From an uncultured candidate division Zixibacteria bacterium (GTDB lineage: Bacteria > Zixibacteria > MSB-5A5 > GN15 > FEB-12): DNA of 64,000 nucleotides. The notes under the pieces are model-generated. The model did not search any database and was not told the origin of the DNA. It saw only the letters and a list, made by a program, of their open reading frames with translations. The DNA lies in contig OY760907.1 of NCBI GenBank assembly GCA_963664195.1, positions 576,001 through 640,000 on the forward strand, given 5' to 3'. The translations under genes were made by a program, and so were the position numbers. The stretch's first letter is position 1. The number at the start of each line of letters is the position of its first letter. Shown here piece by piece: positions 48,568-57,987 of this stretch.

Positions 48568-48595
48568 AGGCGCCCCGGAAATCTCCGGAGCGCCT
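48568..48595 (-). terminator. Terminator-like hairpin after ahpC
   Basis: AGGCGCCCCGGA-aatc-TCCGGAGCGCCT; weak T tract. Confidence 0.55.
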
Positions 48596-48647
48596 ACATT
48601 AATAGCATAAGCGTCAATCTCGAATCAGGAGGAATCGCCGCTCAGTC

Positions 48648-49208
48648 TTAGATCTTACCAACCAGGTCCAGGCCCGGCTTGAGAGTCTTGCCACCCGGTT
48701 TCCAGGACGCCGGACAAACCTCGCCGTGTTTGGCCACAAACTGCGAGGCCTGCACTTTGCGAAGGATTTCCCCGGTCGAGCGACCGATGGAGTTGTCATT
48801 GACCTCGAAGGACTTCACATTGCCCTCCGGGTCGATGATGAACGTTCCACGAAGCGCCAGGCCGACGCCCTCAATCATGACACCGAAGTCACGGCTCAGG
48901 CTGCCGGACGGATCGGCAAGCATCGGAAACTCGATCCGCTTGATTGTCTCGGAAGTATCGTGCCAGGCCTTGTGACAAAAGACCGTGTCGGTCGAGGCGA
49001 CCAGCACTTCTGTGTTGATATCTCTGAAGGCCTGGTAGTTGTCTGCCAGTTCACCGAGTTCGGTCGGACAGACAAACGTGAAGTCGGCAGGGTAGAAAAA
49101 CAGGACCACCCATTTTCCTTTATAGTCGTCAAGATTAACTTTCGTGATGTCGCCTCTGTAGTAGGCTTCAGCTTCGAAAGAGGGGGCGTGTTGATTGATC
49201 GTTACCAT
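48648..49208 (-). CDS. ahpC: Typical 2-Cys peroxiredoxin (AhpC)
   Basis: FFYPADFTFVCPTE, GEVCPASW, LDLVGKI. Start set at MVTIN. Confidence 0.95.
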   Translation of the reverse strand: MVTINQHAPSFEAEAYYRGDITKVNLDDYKGKWVVLFFYPADFTFVCPTELGELADNYQAFRDINTEVLVASTDTVFCHKAWHDTSETIKRIEFPMLADPSGSLSRDFGVMIEGVGLALRGTFIIDPEGNVKSFEVNDNSIGRSTGEILRKVQASQFVAKHGEVCPASWKPGGKTLKPGLDLVGKI

Positions 49209-49365
49209 TGTCGTTTCCTTAAAGTCATCAAGTTCAGCATTGTGTATGCCATCCGTAACAGACAATATCTCCGAATGTTTCCGCACGGATCACAAAACTG
49301 ACGAAAGACACAAGAAAAGCACGATCATCGCCTCGTCCCCCATGAAAACGCATCCCAATAGGGAC

Positions 49366-49749
49366 TTAGAGGACCGCTATAGCATCTATTTCAACCTTCA
49401 CATCCTTTGGCAGGCGCCCCACCTGTACCGTAGCCCGGGCCGGCGGTGAAGTGACAAAATACGTGGCATACATATCATTAACAGGGCCAAAGTCATCCAT
49501 GTCTTCGAGATAAATAGTGGTCTTTACTACATTGGCAAAATCAGCTCCGGCGGCCTGGAGTACAGCACGAAGGTTCTGCATAACTTTCTGGCATTGTTCG
49601 CTGGCGGTTTGTCCGACGATTTCCATTGTCTCGGGATCGAGCGGGATCTGTCCGGAACAGAAGACCAGTTTGCCACAATCGGCCTTGACAGCCTGTGAGT
49701 ACGGCCCTATCGCTGCCGGGGCCTTATCGGTTTTAATCGGCTCTCTCAT
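49366..49749 (-). CDS. ridA: RidA/YjgF enamine deaminase
   Basis: APAAIGPYSQA, SGQIPLDP, PARATV, VEID. Confidence 0.92.
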   Translation of the reverse strand: MREPIKTDKAPAAIGPYSQAVKADCGKLVFCSGQIPLDPETMEIVGQTASEQCQKVMQNLRAVLQAAGADFANVVKTTIYLEDMDDFGPVNDMYATYFVTSPPARATVQVGRLPKDVKVEIDAIAVL

Positions 49750-49855
49750 GATTTCTCCTACGGTTTCGCGTTTAATCAACACGAATATAGGAAGGCGTTG
49801 CTGGCCTCGCCAGTTAGTTTTGCGTGGGGGCGGCAGGTTCGGAACCGTCCGAAGA

Positions 49856-50836
49856 TCAGAGATCGCCGGACCCTGGTCCCATCAATTCGACAAAGGCGCG
49901 GAGGATTTGCTCGTCGTATGCCCCTTTGAGCGAAAAGATGATTCTCAGGGCCGGATACGTGTCCATCGCACGCTGGTACACGCGCTCAGTGGTCATAGCA
50001 TCGAAAGAGTCGCAAATGGCGACTATTTTGGAGTACACATGCATCTCGTCGAGCGATAATCCCTGCGGGTAACCGCGACGGTCTCCCCGCTCGTGATGCT
50101 GCAATATGACAAATGACGATCCCTCGGATATTTGTTCAGTTTCTTCAAGTATCTCGACGCCCCACTTGGGATGCTTTTTCATGATCTCGAACTCGATTGG
50201 AGTGAGCGAACCCCGCTTGTTGAGAATGCGATCAGAAATCCGGGACTTGCCGACATCGTGCAGCAGCGCCCCGACACCAAGCTCCTGAAGAAACTGCTCG
50301 TCATCAAACCCGAGCTTCTGTGCCAGCGCTATGGCAAAGGTGCAAACATTCACCGAGTGCGTGTAGGTGTAGTAATCGAACGACGTGATCTTCAGCAGAC
50401 TCAAAAACGCCGCCCGACCCTGAAGGATGAAGTCAACGGTTGTTGACACCAGCTCTTTGGAACGCTGGATGTTTTCGCCAAAGGTCGGGTTATTTAGAAC
50501 GTCTTTGACGAGATTCGTAGAGGTGTCGTAAAGGATGCCGGCTTTGCGTTCTTCCTGGATTCCGGGGTCGGCAAGTATCTTGTCAAGGTTCTGCTCGATA
50601 TAGCGCTGGTACTTGTCTCGATTCTGGAATGGGACATACAGGCGATCAACTTTGTTTTCAAGCAGTTTCTGACGCGTTCGTTCGGTGAACGGCAGATCGG
50701 GTGATCGATAGAGAACCAGTTGATGGTTGATGCTCAGATATAGATCGAAATCAAGGACAGAATCCACCCGGAGCGACTCCAGGTAGATGGGCATGAACTT
50801 CTCTTCGGAGCGATTTCTGATAGCTGTGGACGACAT
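49856..50836 (-). CDS. HD-GYP c-di-GMP phosphodiesterase family protein
   Basis: HSVNV, LLHDVGK, HHER...GYP, DSFDAMT. Confidence 0.92.
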   Translation of the reverse strand: MSSTAIRNRSEEKFMPIYLESLRVDSVLDFDLYLSINHQLVLYRSPDLPFTERTRQKLLENKVDRLYVPFQNRDKYQRYIEQNLDKILADPGIQEERKAGILYDTSTNLVKDVLNNPTFGENIQRSKELVSTTVDFILQGRAAFLSLLKITSFDYYTYTHSVNVCTFAIALAQKLGFDDEQFLQELGVGALLHDVGKSRISDRILNKRGSLTPIEFEIMKKHPKWGVEILEETEQISEGSSFVILQHHERGDRRGYPQGLSLDEMHVYSKIVAICDSFDAMTTERVYQRAMDTYPALRIIFSLKGAYDEQILRAFVELMGPGSGDL

Positions 50837-50904
50837 TTGTCTCTCTATACCCTAGATTGCACGACCCAAACGGCCAGTTTCAGGATACAAACCCGTTACT
50901 CAGC

Positions 50905-50932
50905 ATATCGGCAGAAAAGTAAGAGGACTTGA
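50905..50932 (-). promoter_or_regulatory. sigma28-like promoter of HD-GYP gene
   Basis: Minus-strand TCAAG-N15-GCCGATAT. Confidence 0.6.
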
Positions 50933-50985
50933 AAAATCAAGAAGAGAAGCCGGAAAAAGTACTGATTGTCGTGACGGCAGGGAGC

Positions 50986-51020
50986 AAAAAAAGAAGCCGG
51001 AATCAGTATTGATTCCGGCT
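50986..51020 (-). terminator. Intrinsic terminator
   Basis: AGCCGGAATCA-gtat-TGATTCCGGCT followed by a T tract on the minus strand. Confidence 0.85.
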
Positions 51021-51047
51021 CGCTGTGAAAACAGTCGAGGATTGTAA

Positions 51048-51668
51048 TCAGGCGCCAAAGTTCTTCACGGTCGAGAGAACAGACTGGAGGCGACCGGTGA
51101 TGTCTGAAAGTATGCCGGAGTATCTTTTCAAGATTTCCGAGTACTGCCAACGCATTTCGAAGGCTTTTTCCGGAAAGTCAAACAGGTCCAGCAACGTAAT
51201 TTTATGGATTTCATCGATATATTTCACAACGTCGTAGGGGTATTCGACCACGTTTGGATCGTGCACATCGCCCTTTCCCAGGCGGTCGCGGTACACCTCT
51301 ACCTTTTCGAGGACGACCGTACCAAAGCACCACGGGGTCATGATGACGCCAAAATTGGAACCGTCGGTGTAAAAACGGCGGATGGTTCTCATTACCAGAT
51401 CAACGATAACACCACGTGCACGATAGTAGGCCAGCGTTTCGGCATTGTCAGCGTCCGTCCTCTCTATCTTCTGGTCAAGGGAAGCCCTTTCGGCCTTTGC
51501 GCGATCGTAGGCGGTCTCAAGGAAGGAATAGAAATCTTCGAAATAGACCTTGGCGCTTTCGGAGAGCGAGCGGATAAAGAATCCGTTTTCGTCTTCGCGT
51601 ACTTTCGGTTCCTGTCTTGATCCCAGTCGTTCCGGTGAAAAGCCTCTGTGAAACTGTCCGTCCAGCAT
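51048..51668 (-). CDS. Hypothetical cytoplasmic protein
   Basis: Long ORF with GAAGGAG SD before MLDGQ, its own terminator and a sigma54-like promoter. Confidence 0.75.
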   Translation of the reverse strand: MLDGQFHRGFSPERLGSRQEPKVREDENGFFIRSLSESAKVYFEDFYSFLETAYDRAKAERASLDQKIERTDADNAETLAYYRARGVIVDLVMRTIRRFYTDGSNFGVIMTPWCFGTVVLEKVEVYRDRLGKGDVHDPNVVEYPYDVVKYIDEIHKITLLDLFDFPEKAFEMRWQYSEILKRYSGILSDITGRLQSVLSTVKNFGA

Positions 51669-51710
51669 ATGGTCTCCTTCGTCCATCGTGTCTCTCTGCG
51701 GTTAGCTAGA

Positions 51711-51725
51711 GCATAAGCTGTGCCA
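51711..51725 (-). promoter_or_regulatory. sigma54 (-24/-12) promoter
   Basis: Minus-strand TGGCACAGCTTATGC (GG-N10-GC). Confidence 0.6.
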
Positions 51726-52024
51726 TTAGCAAATACCGGGGTGACAGACCGATATGACGGCGGTATCCTATTGTAGTACTTAGACTACTGACAGAAGGGA
51801 AAAGTTTGCGGGAATCTGCACGTGGAAGCAGAGATAGGCAATTCATTGCGCTAATAGGCAGCCAACTTCCGAATGAGCAAGGTCTTTCATATCATAAACG
51901 GCTGCCGACTGCACATATGGCCTTACTGTTCAATTCTTGAACAAATGACAGGCTCGCCCGTTAGTATAGGTAGCATTGCAAACCCCATCACTGCCGAAGA
52001 CTATCGTGGAGGAAGAATACGGCC

Positions 52025-53617
52025 ATGAAACCACGGATGACAATCGCCCTATTGATCCTGATGATTCCCTCAGCGTTCCTCATGTTCAGTTGCTCTGATG
52101 AAAAGGCGGAGAATCCTACCCCTGTTCTTTCGGCCTCTCAAACTCGTCTGGTTTTCACGTCCCTCGCCGGCAAGAATCCGTATCCGGCCACGCAGAAGGT
52201 GGTAATCTCCAACAGCGGCGTCGGTTCTCTCACGTTCCAGGCTGCAACAACCGCTTCGTGGATCAGAATCCTCCGGGTAAACGACTCGTTGTTCATCCAG
52301 GTCAAGTCAGACGCTTTTGCCACCGGACAGTACTCTGATGTTGTCACCATAACTTCCTCGGAGGCATCAAACTCTCCACTCGAAATAACTGTGGATGTGA
52401 CGGTGACTGAGCGCGTCTCGGCGTTGCCGGATGAGTTGGGATTCGAGGGACTTGCGGGGGGGACCAATCCTGCACCGCAGACATTTGAGGTGCTTTCGCT
52501 CGGCGGAGTTGCGGCAGATTTCGCAATCACCAGCGGCGCAGGTTGGATCGACGTAGGCCCCGCCAGCGGCCAGACACCCGACACAATAACGGTGAACGTC
52601 GACCTGACCGGTCTGCAGGGGGGCATATATTACGACAGCATCGTGATCACTACCGCCGATCTGGAGCAAACGCATCTGTCGGTGCCTTGTTCGCTCGTGG
52701 TGAGTTCGTGGCTGCTTCAGGATGCCGGAGGAGACTTCAGCCTGCGCGGCCTCAGCTATATCGATGCGCAGACGGGCTGGATATCAGGGTATCTTCCGCG
52801 AGCCACAGAACCTTTTGGCGTGGCGTACCGGACTGACAATGCCGGGGCGGACTGGAACAGGTCAGCGGCTCAGCCTCCGGGCGTTTTCGGCGGCGTGGCC
52901 TTCATCGACCAATTCAACGGCTGGATTGTCGGAAACAACGGAGGCGACCCGGATAGCGCAAGAATGATCCAAACAGTTAACGGCGGCGACAACTGGACAT
53001 TCTCTGACTTGTTGCCGGTTGACTCTGGCTACTCTCTGCGACAGATATGTTTTCATGGGACGGACAGCGGCTGGGTGGTGGGCAATGAAGGCGTGATCAT
53101 CAATACGGTGAACTCCGGCGTTTCGTGGAAACCGCAGGTAAGCGGCACGGATTTCGACTTGAATGATATCGCTTTCCTGAACGCCGACGAAGGCTGGGTA
53201 TGCGGCAATCACGGACTTCTCCTCCACACGGCTAATGGCGGGCACGACTGGTCGCAGGTATCCAATGACAGCACGCAGGATCTCAACGGTATAGACTTCG
53301 TCGACAACAGCCACGGATGGGTGGTGGGCAGACAGGGGCTTGTCCTGGCTACCTCCGACGGTGGCACTACCTGGACTGCCCAAACGACCGGAACGGATGC
53401 GCTTCTACTGGATGTCGACTTCGTTAATACGATGCGTGGCTGGGCAGTAGGAAGTGCAGGGACTATTTTGCACACTTCCGACGGCGGAGACACATGGGTC
53501 GCGCAGTTGTCGGAGGTCGAGGCTGGCCTCTTCGGAGTGCAGTTTTTCGACGACAATACCGGAGTAGTCGTCGGCAATGAAGGCGTAGTGCTCAGAACGC
53601 TAAGCGGCGGATTCTGA
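52025..53617 (+). CDS. Lipoprotein with BACON-like Ig domains and a YCF48/BNR beta-propeller
   Basis: Lipobox FSC; WI..S BACON-like motifs; repeated F.D...GW.VG..G....T.DGG..W. Confidence 0.8.
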   Translation: MKPRMTIALLILMIPSAFLMFSCSDEKAENPTPVLSASQTRLVFTSLAGKNPYPATQKVVISNSGVGSLTFQAATTASWIRILRVNDSLFIQVKSDAFATGQYSDVVTITSSEASNSPLEITVDVTVTERVSALPDELGFEGLAGGTNPAPQTFEVLSLGGVAADFAITSGAGWIDVGPASGQTPDTITVNVDLTGLQGGIYYDSIVITTADLEQTHLSVPCSLVVSSWLLQDAGGDFSLRGLSYIDAQTGWISGYLPRATEPFGVAYRTDNAGADWNRSAAQPPGVFGGVAFIDQFNGWIVGNNGGDPDSARMIQTVNGGDNWTFSDLLPVDSGYSLRQICFHGTDSGWVVGNEGVIINTVNSGVSWKPQVSGTDFDLNDIAFLNADEGWVCGNHGLLLHTANGGHDWSQVSNDSTQDLNGIDFVDNSHGWVVGRQGLVLATSDGGTTWTAQTTGTDALLLDVDFVNTMRGWAVGSAGTILHTSDGGDTWVAQLSEVEAGLFGVQFFDDNTGVVVGNEGVVLRTLSGGF

Positions 53618-53639
53618 CAAGAAACTCCAGTCCACGAGC

Positions 53640-53677
53640 GAGAGGGGTCGGTTTATGAGTTGCCGGCCTCTCTCTTT
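53640..53677. terminator. Terminator between convergent genes
   Basis: GAGAGGGGTCGG...CCGGCCTCTCTC-TTT. Confidence 0.6.
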
Positions 53678-53690
53678 GACACGTCTTGTC

Positions 53691-54515
53691 TCATCGACCA
53701 GCGCTCTCCCTGAAGTCCTTCAGACATTCGTCAAACTCGACTCCGAACACATCCATGAACACCCGATCATGGTTACTATCGTTCATTAGAGCCTTCATAT
53801 AGTCCAAGAACTTCTGCTTGCCTCCGATGTGTATCAGATATTCAACTATACAGGCAAACTCGGAGTAGCAGAAGGCCGCCCGATATTGCCAGTCTATCTC
53901 AACCCGGTCTTCTTTTTCAGTACCGAACCAAAGAGGTGGCATGAAATTGCCCTGCTTGATAAGCTCAAGTGTCTGATCTCTGTCGGGATACCATGAGGTT
54001 CCCCGCTGATTTGCGCTGTATACAGCTATTCCTTCCAGCAACCACTGCGGATAGTCAAGCGCAGTCAGTATCCCCATGTGTTGACACAACAACGCATGCG
54101 ACAACTCGTGTCTCAAGTAGGTATCAAGAGAGATGGTCCCCTGCTCATCCTCTCCGATAGCCCACGGCGACACCATGATACGGCCATTGGGGTAAGTGAA
54201 AAACCTGGCCCTCGTGACGGTACGTTGGAAATAACTCGCGCTGTCACGGAATATGAACAACTCGGGTTTCGCAAGAAAAGTGAATTGGTGAAACTCCTCC
54301 ACGACCGAGGTGAGCGTATCAAACCGGTGGAAATCATCGTAGACAACACCTTCCTGGACGTAGACGGTCATGTTCGGCAGGTCATAATCTGTAAAGCCTA
54401 CGATTACAGGCGAAAACGGAAACAGCTTCCCGAACAGGAACAGATAGGCCAGCAGTCCCACAATCACTATCGAGGGGACTGTAAATGCTACCGTCTTCCT
54501 GTGTCTGCTTCTCAT
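53691..54515 (-). CDS. Membrane-anchored gluzincin-type (clan MA) metallopeptidase-like protein
   Basis: N-terminal TM, HELSH plus PQWLLEGIA. Start moved to MRSRHR. Confidence 0.7.
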   Translation of the reverse strand: MRSRHRKTVAFTVPSIVIVGLLAYLFLFGKLFPFSPVIVGFTDYDLPNMTVYVQEGVVYDDFHRFDTLTSVVEEFHQFTFLAKPELFIFRDSASYFQRTVTRARFFTYPNGRIMVSPWAIGEDEQGTISLDTYLRHELSHALLCQHMGILTALDYPQWLLEGIAVYSANQRGTSWYPDRDQTLELIKQGNFMPPLWFGTEKEDRVEIDWQYRAAFCYSEFACIVEYLIHIGGKQKFLDYMKALMNDSNHDRVFMDVFGVEFDECLKDFRESAGR

Positions 54516-54519
54516 ATGC

Positions 54520-55587
54520 CTACTCCACCCAATCGGCAACGAAGACATTGGTCTCACCGGGCACGCTCCCATTGCGATTGGAAGCGAATACAAGCTTAGC
54601 CCCGTCATGAGAAAACATCGGAAAGCCTTCAAACTCCGCACCGTACGTGATTTGCTCTATTTCTTTCGATTTGATATCCACCATAAACAGGTCGAAATTG
54701 CGCTTATTCGGATCGTGCATATTGGAGGCAAAAATAACCCGCTTACCGTCGGGATGGAAGTACGGACCGAAATTCGCCGCACTGTTGTCGGTGAGTTGGA
54801 TGGCGCGGCCCTCCTCGAGATTCATCACGTAGATTTCCAGTCTGCTGGGTCGAATGAGGCCTTCCGCAAGTAGACCGAGGTAATCTGCCAGTTCTTTGCC
54901 GCCCGGTCGTGAGGCCCGCCAACATATCCACTCGCCGTCGAGTGAGAAAAACGCACCGCCGTCGTACCCGATCTCGTTAGTGATGCGCTTGACGTTGGAA
55001 CCGTCGGGATTCATCAGATATAGATCAAGGTCACCGTCGCGTACAGACGTGAAGATGATCCTGTCCCCTTTTGGCGAGTAGACCGCCTCAGCATCATAGC
55101 CGGGCGTTTCGGTGAGCCGGACGAGATTGGAACCATCGGGATCGGCGCTGAAGATGTCGTAACTGTCGTATAACGCCCAGGTGTAACCGTGCGACATATC
55201 AGGCTTGGGCGGACAGAGGGTGTCGGCCAGATAAGTGGAAGCGTAGACGATTGATTTGTTGTCCGGCGCGATGAACGAGCAGGTCGTGGAGCCTCTGCCG
55301 GAGGATACCATGCGCACGTTGGAGCCGTCGGCATTCATGCGGAAGATGGCATCACATTCGAGATTGTCGCGTGTGGATTGGAAGATTAACTCCGTGGCAT
55401 CATACGAGAAGTACGCCTCGGCATTCTGGCCGCCGAAAGTGAGTTGACGGATGTTAGCGAGGTGCTTCTCACCCTCAAGCTTGAGCGTACCCGCGGGATC
55501 GGTTGCAACCTTATCAACGGTCTCGTCTTTCTGTCCGCATCCAGCGAGAGCGAAAAGAACAAGTAGAATGGCCGGAATCCTGTACAT
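54520..55587 (-). CDS. TolB-like PD40 beta-propeller lipoprotein
   Basis: Lipobox LAGC; repeated SPDG/HPDG..I.F.S motifs, GYDAEA. Confidence 0.85.
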   Translation of the reverse strand: MYRIPAILLVLFALAGCGQKDETVDKVATDPAGTLKLEGEKHLANIRQLTFGGQNAEAYFSYDATELIFQSTRDNLECDAIFRMNADGSNVRMVSSGRGSTTCSFIAPDNKSIVYASTYLADTLCPPKPDMSHGYTWALYDSYDIFSADPDGSNLVRLTETPGYDAEAVYSPKGDRIIFTSVRDGDLDLYLMNPDGSNVKRITNEIGYDGGAFFSLDGEWICWRASRPGGKELADYLGLLAEGLIRPSRLEIYVMNLEEGRAIQLTDNSAANFGPYFHPDGKRVIFASNMHDPNKRNFDLFMVDIKSKEIEQITYGAEFEGFPMFSHDGAKLVFASNRNGSVPGETNVFVADWVE

Positions 55588-55688
55588 GGCTTCTCCGATT
55601 ATCGAGTCCGGTTTTTTTACGTTTTCAGTTCAGGCAACGCCTGATATCTTAATGAAAGGTAACGTCGGCTCATGGGAAAGGTTCAAAT

Positions 55689-57854
55689 GTGAAGTTGCTC
55701 ATCCTGATTCTGATCGTCACTGTCTCCATAGCTCTGCCCAGTCGGGCTCAAACCGCTGATACGTCTGACATTCTCGGTCGTGTGCTCGGCGAGGTAGGGT
55801 TTGACCGGTCTGGTCTCGGATACCAACCGAAGGGGTACTGGAACCGGTTCCCGCTGGATATCCCTTATAAGTTGAGATCATTCGACGATCTGTTCGCCGA
55901 ACCGCTCAAGCTGTACGACTACGCGACGGTAATGGGCAACGCGGCCGAGATATATCTTGATCCATCGTTTGCCGACAGCTCAGACATCGGTCTTTACAAA
56001 CTTGTGTACCATCTGGGAGTGGACAAGAAGCTTGGCGGGTTCCGTGACTACTCAGCTAACCTTGCCGATGTGCCCAAAGGCGACTCGCCTCTGGCGACAG
56101 CACTGAAGCAGTTGTATGATATGGCCAACCGGGAGACAGAGTACAAAACGTTTGGTTCGCGGTACGGAACGTTTGATCTCGGCAACGAGTTGGCGGAGAA
56201 GATTGCGCCGCTTCCGGATACGGTAGAAACGATCATCGCGGGTTTGATTGTAAATCTGGCGGATGCTATCCGCTGGCACGCGCTCGCGTTCCGCAACTGT
56301 GATCGCAACGATCTGGAGCGGGCGTTCGCTATCAGGGATATGGCACAGACTCAGGGTGACGGTCAGGTGTACTACCCGGAGCTGGATGACATCGCAGCCT
56401 CGATTGATCTTCCCTCGCTGCATTATGCCGCACTCAAGGTCGCGGCTGCGGCCGAAAGAGCCGAGCAAGCGCTGGTGCCGCTTGAGGATCAGATTCCTCC
56501 CGGCTATGAGTTGGAATTGCGGACGCCGTTCGGACGTATCGCGGTCTTCTCCCCTGACTACGACGGCGGCAAGCGGTTCACCTACGATTGCACCAACACG
56601 CTTTGTGTGATTGATTTCGGCCGCAACGCACATTGGACCGGCACCCCCGGAGCAACTTCGTCTGTGGCTAATCCGGTGTCGGTGCTGATTGATCTTGGCG
56701 GTCACGACGTCTATGGAATAGAGGCACAGACTGAAAATCCGTGCGCTGGAGTCGGCCTAATGGGAATCGGAGCGGTTATCGACACCAAGGGTGACGACCT
56801 GTATCAGGGCACGGTGTATGCGCAGGGCGCAGGTTTGTTTGGCGTCGGGGTCTTGCTTGATCGAGCCGGTGACGACAACTATATCGCTTCGGAGTCTGCG
56901 CAGGGCTGCGGATATTTTGGCATCGGTTTGTGTTTCGACGGAACGGGCGATGACACGTATTATCTCCACGGCGACGGTCAGGGAATGGGCGGTGTCGGAG
57001 GAGGGGTTGGTGTGCTGGCCTCGTTTGACGGCAACGATGAATACACAGCCGAACCTGACGCAAACGTCTTCAACCGTAGCGACTACCACAGCGAACACGC
57101 CATCAACGCCAACAACGCGCAAGGGGGCGGGTTCGGAAGACGCGGCGATGGCTCCGACGGTCATGCCTGGGCGGGTGGTTTGGGGGCGCTGCTGGACATT
57201 CACGGCAACGACGAGTACTACTCGGGGAATTTCTCGTTGGGAGTTGGCTATTGGTTTGCAACAGGCATCCTGCTGGACAAATACGGCGACGATCACTACA
57301 AATCTTGCTATTTCACTCAGGCCTCCGGTGCGCATTTCTGTAACGGGGCGCTAATCGACGAAGACGGCGACGATTTCCATGAGTTGTACGAAACTGCCGG
57401 GGCGGGACTTGGATTCGGTTGGGATTTTGCCAATTCGCTGCTCATTAATAAGAACGGCAATGACCGCTATACGGCGAAAATGATCTCGTACGGCCTGGCT
57501 CAGATACGGTCCAACGCGTTCTTGATTGACATTGGCGGCGATGACGAGTATCGATTCAGAGAGGGCGCGCACGGAATCGGTGCCGCGACCTGGCGGGCGG
57601 ACTTTGCGAAACCGTCGAAACTGACGCCGTACTACACGTATGCAAAATCTTTCGGCGGCTTCATTGATATTGGCGGCAAAGACAGGTACGTGTCATTCAC
57701 CGATGATGGCGAGTCACCGCACGTGACCGCAACAAACGACACACTCTGGTTTCAACCGATGAAGACCGATTCTACCTTCGGTGCGGACAATTTCGGTGTA
57801 GGTATAGATATTGAGAGCGGAACGATTCCGGAGTTCTTCCGCTGGGCGGAGTAA
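55689..57854 (+). CDS. Secreted hypothetical protein with repeated D-x-x-G-[DN]-D-x-Y / QGxG motifs
   Basis: Signal peptide (SRA-Q); many Gly/Asp repeats; GGAAAGG SD. Confidence 0.75.
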   Translation: MKLLILILIVTVSIALPSRAQTADTSDILGRVLGEVGFDRSGLGYQPKGYWNRFPLDIPYKLRSFDDLFAEPLKLYDYATVMGNAAEIYLDPSFADSSDIGLYKLVYHLGVDKKLGGFRDYSANLADVPKGDSPLATALKQLYDMANRETEYKTFGSRYGTFDLGNELAEKIAPLPDTVETIIAGLIVNLADAIRWHALAFRNCDRNDLERAFAIRDMAQTQGDGQVYYPELDDIAASIDLPSLHYAALKVAAAAERAEQALVPLEDQIPPGYELELRTPFGRIAVFSPDYDGGKRFTYDCTNTLCVIDFGRNAHWTGTPGATSSVANPVSVLIDLGGHDVYGIEAQTENPCAGVGLMGIGAVIDTKGDDLYQGTVYAQGAGLFGVGVLLDRAGDDNYIASESAQGCGYFGIGLCFDGTGDDTYYLHGDGQGMGGVGGGVGVLASFDGNDEYTAEPDANVFNRSDYHSEHAINANNAQGGGFGRRGDGSDGHAWAGGLGALLDIHGNDEYYSGNFSLGVGYWFATGILLDKYGDDHYKSCYFTQASGAHFCNGALIDEDGDDFHELYETAGAGLGFGWDFANSLLINKNGNDRYTAKMISYGLAQIRSNAFLIDIGGDDEYRFREGAHGIGAATWRADFAKPSKLTPYYTYAKSFGGFIDIGGKDRYVSFTDDGESPHVTATNDTLWFQPMKTDSTFGADNFGVGIDIESGTIPEFFRWAE

Positions 57855-57987
57855 GCGTTATGCCAAAGGACCGTCACGTGATATCCGCTCTGCGATAAGT
57901 ACCCCCTCTGCATGCTACATCTCCCTCGGCGCGGATGCCACACTCCAGCAACCTCTATTCGCGCGCAACCCTAAACCCGCGAGCGGT

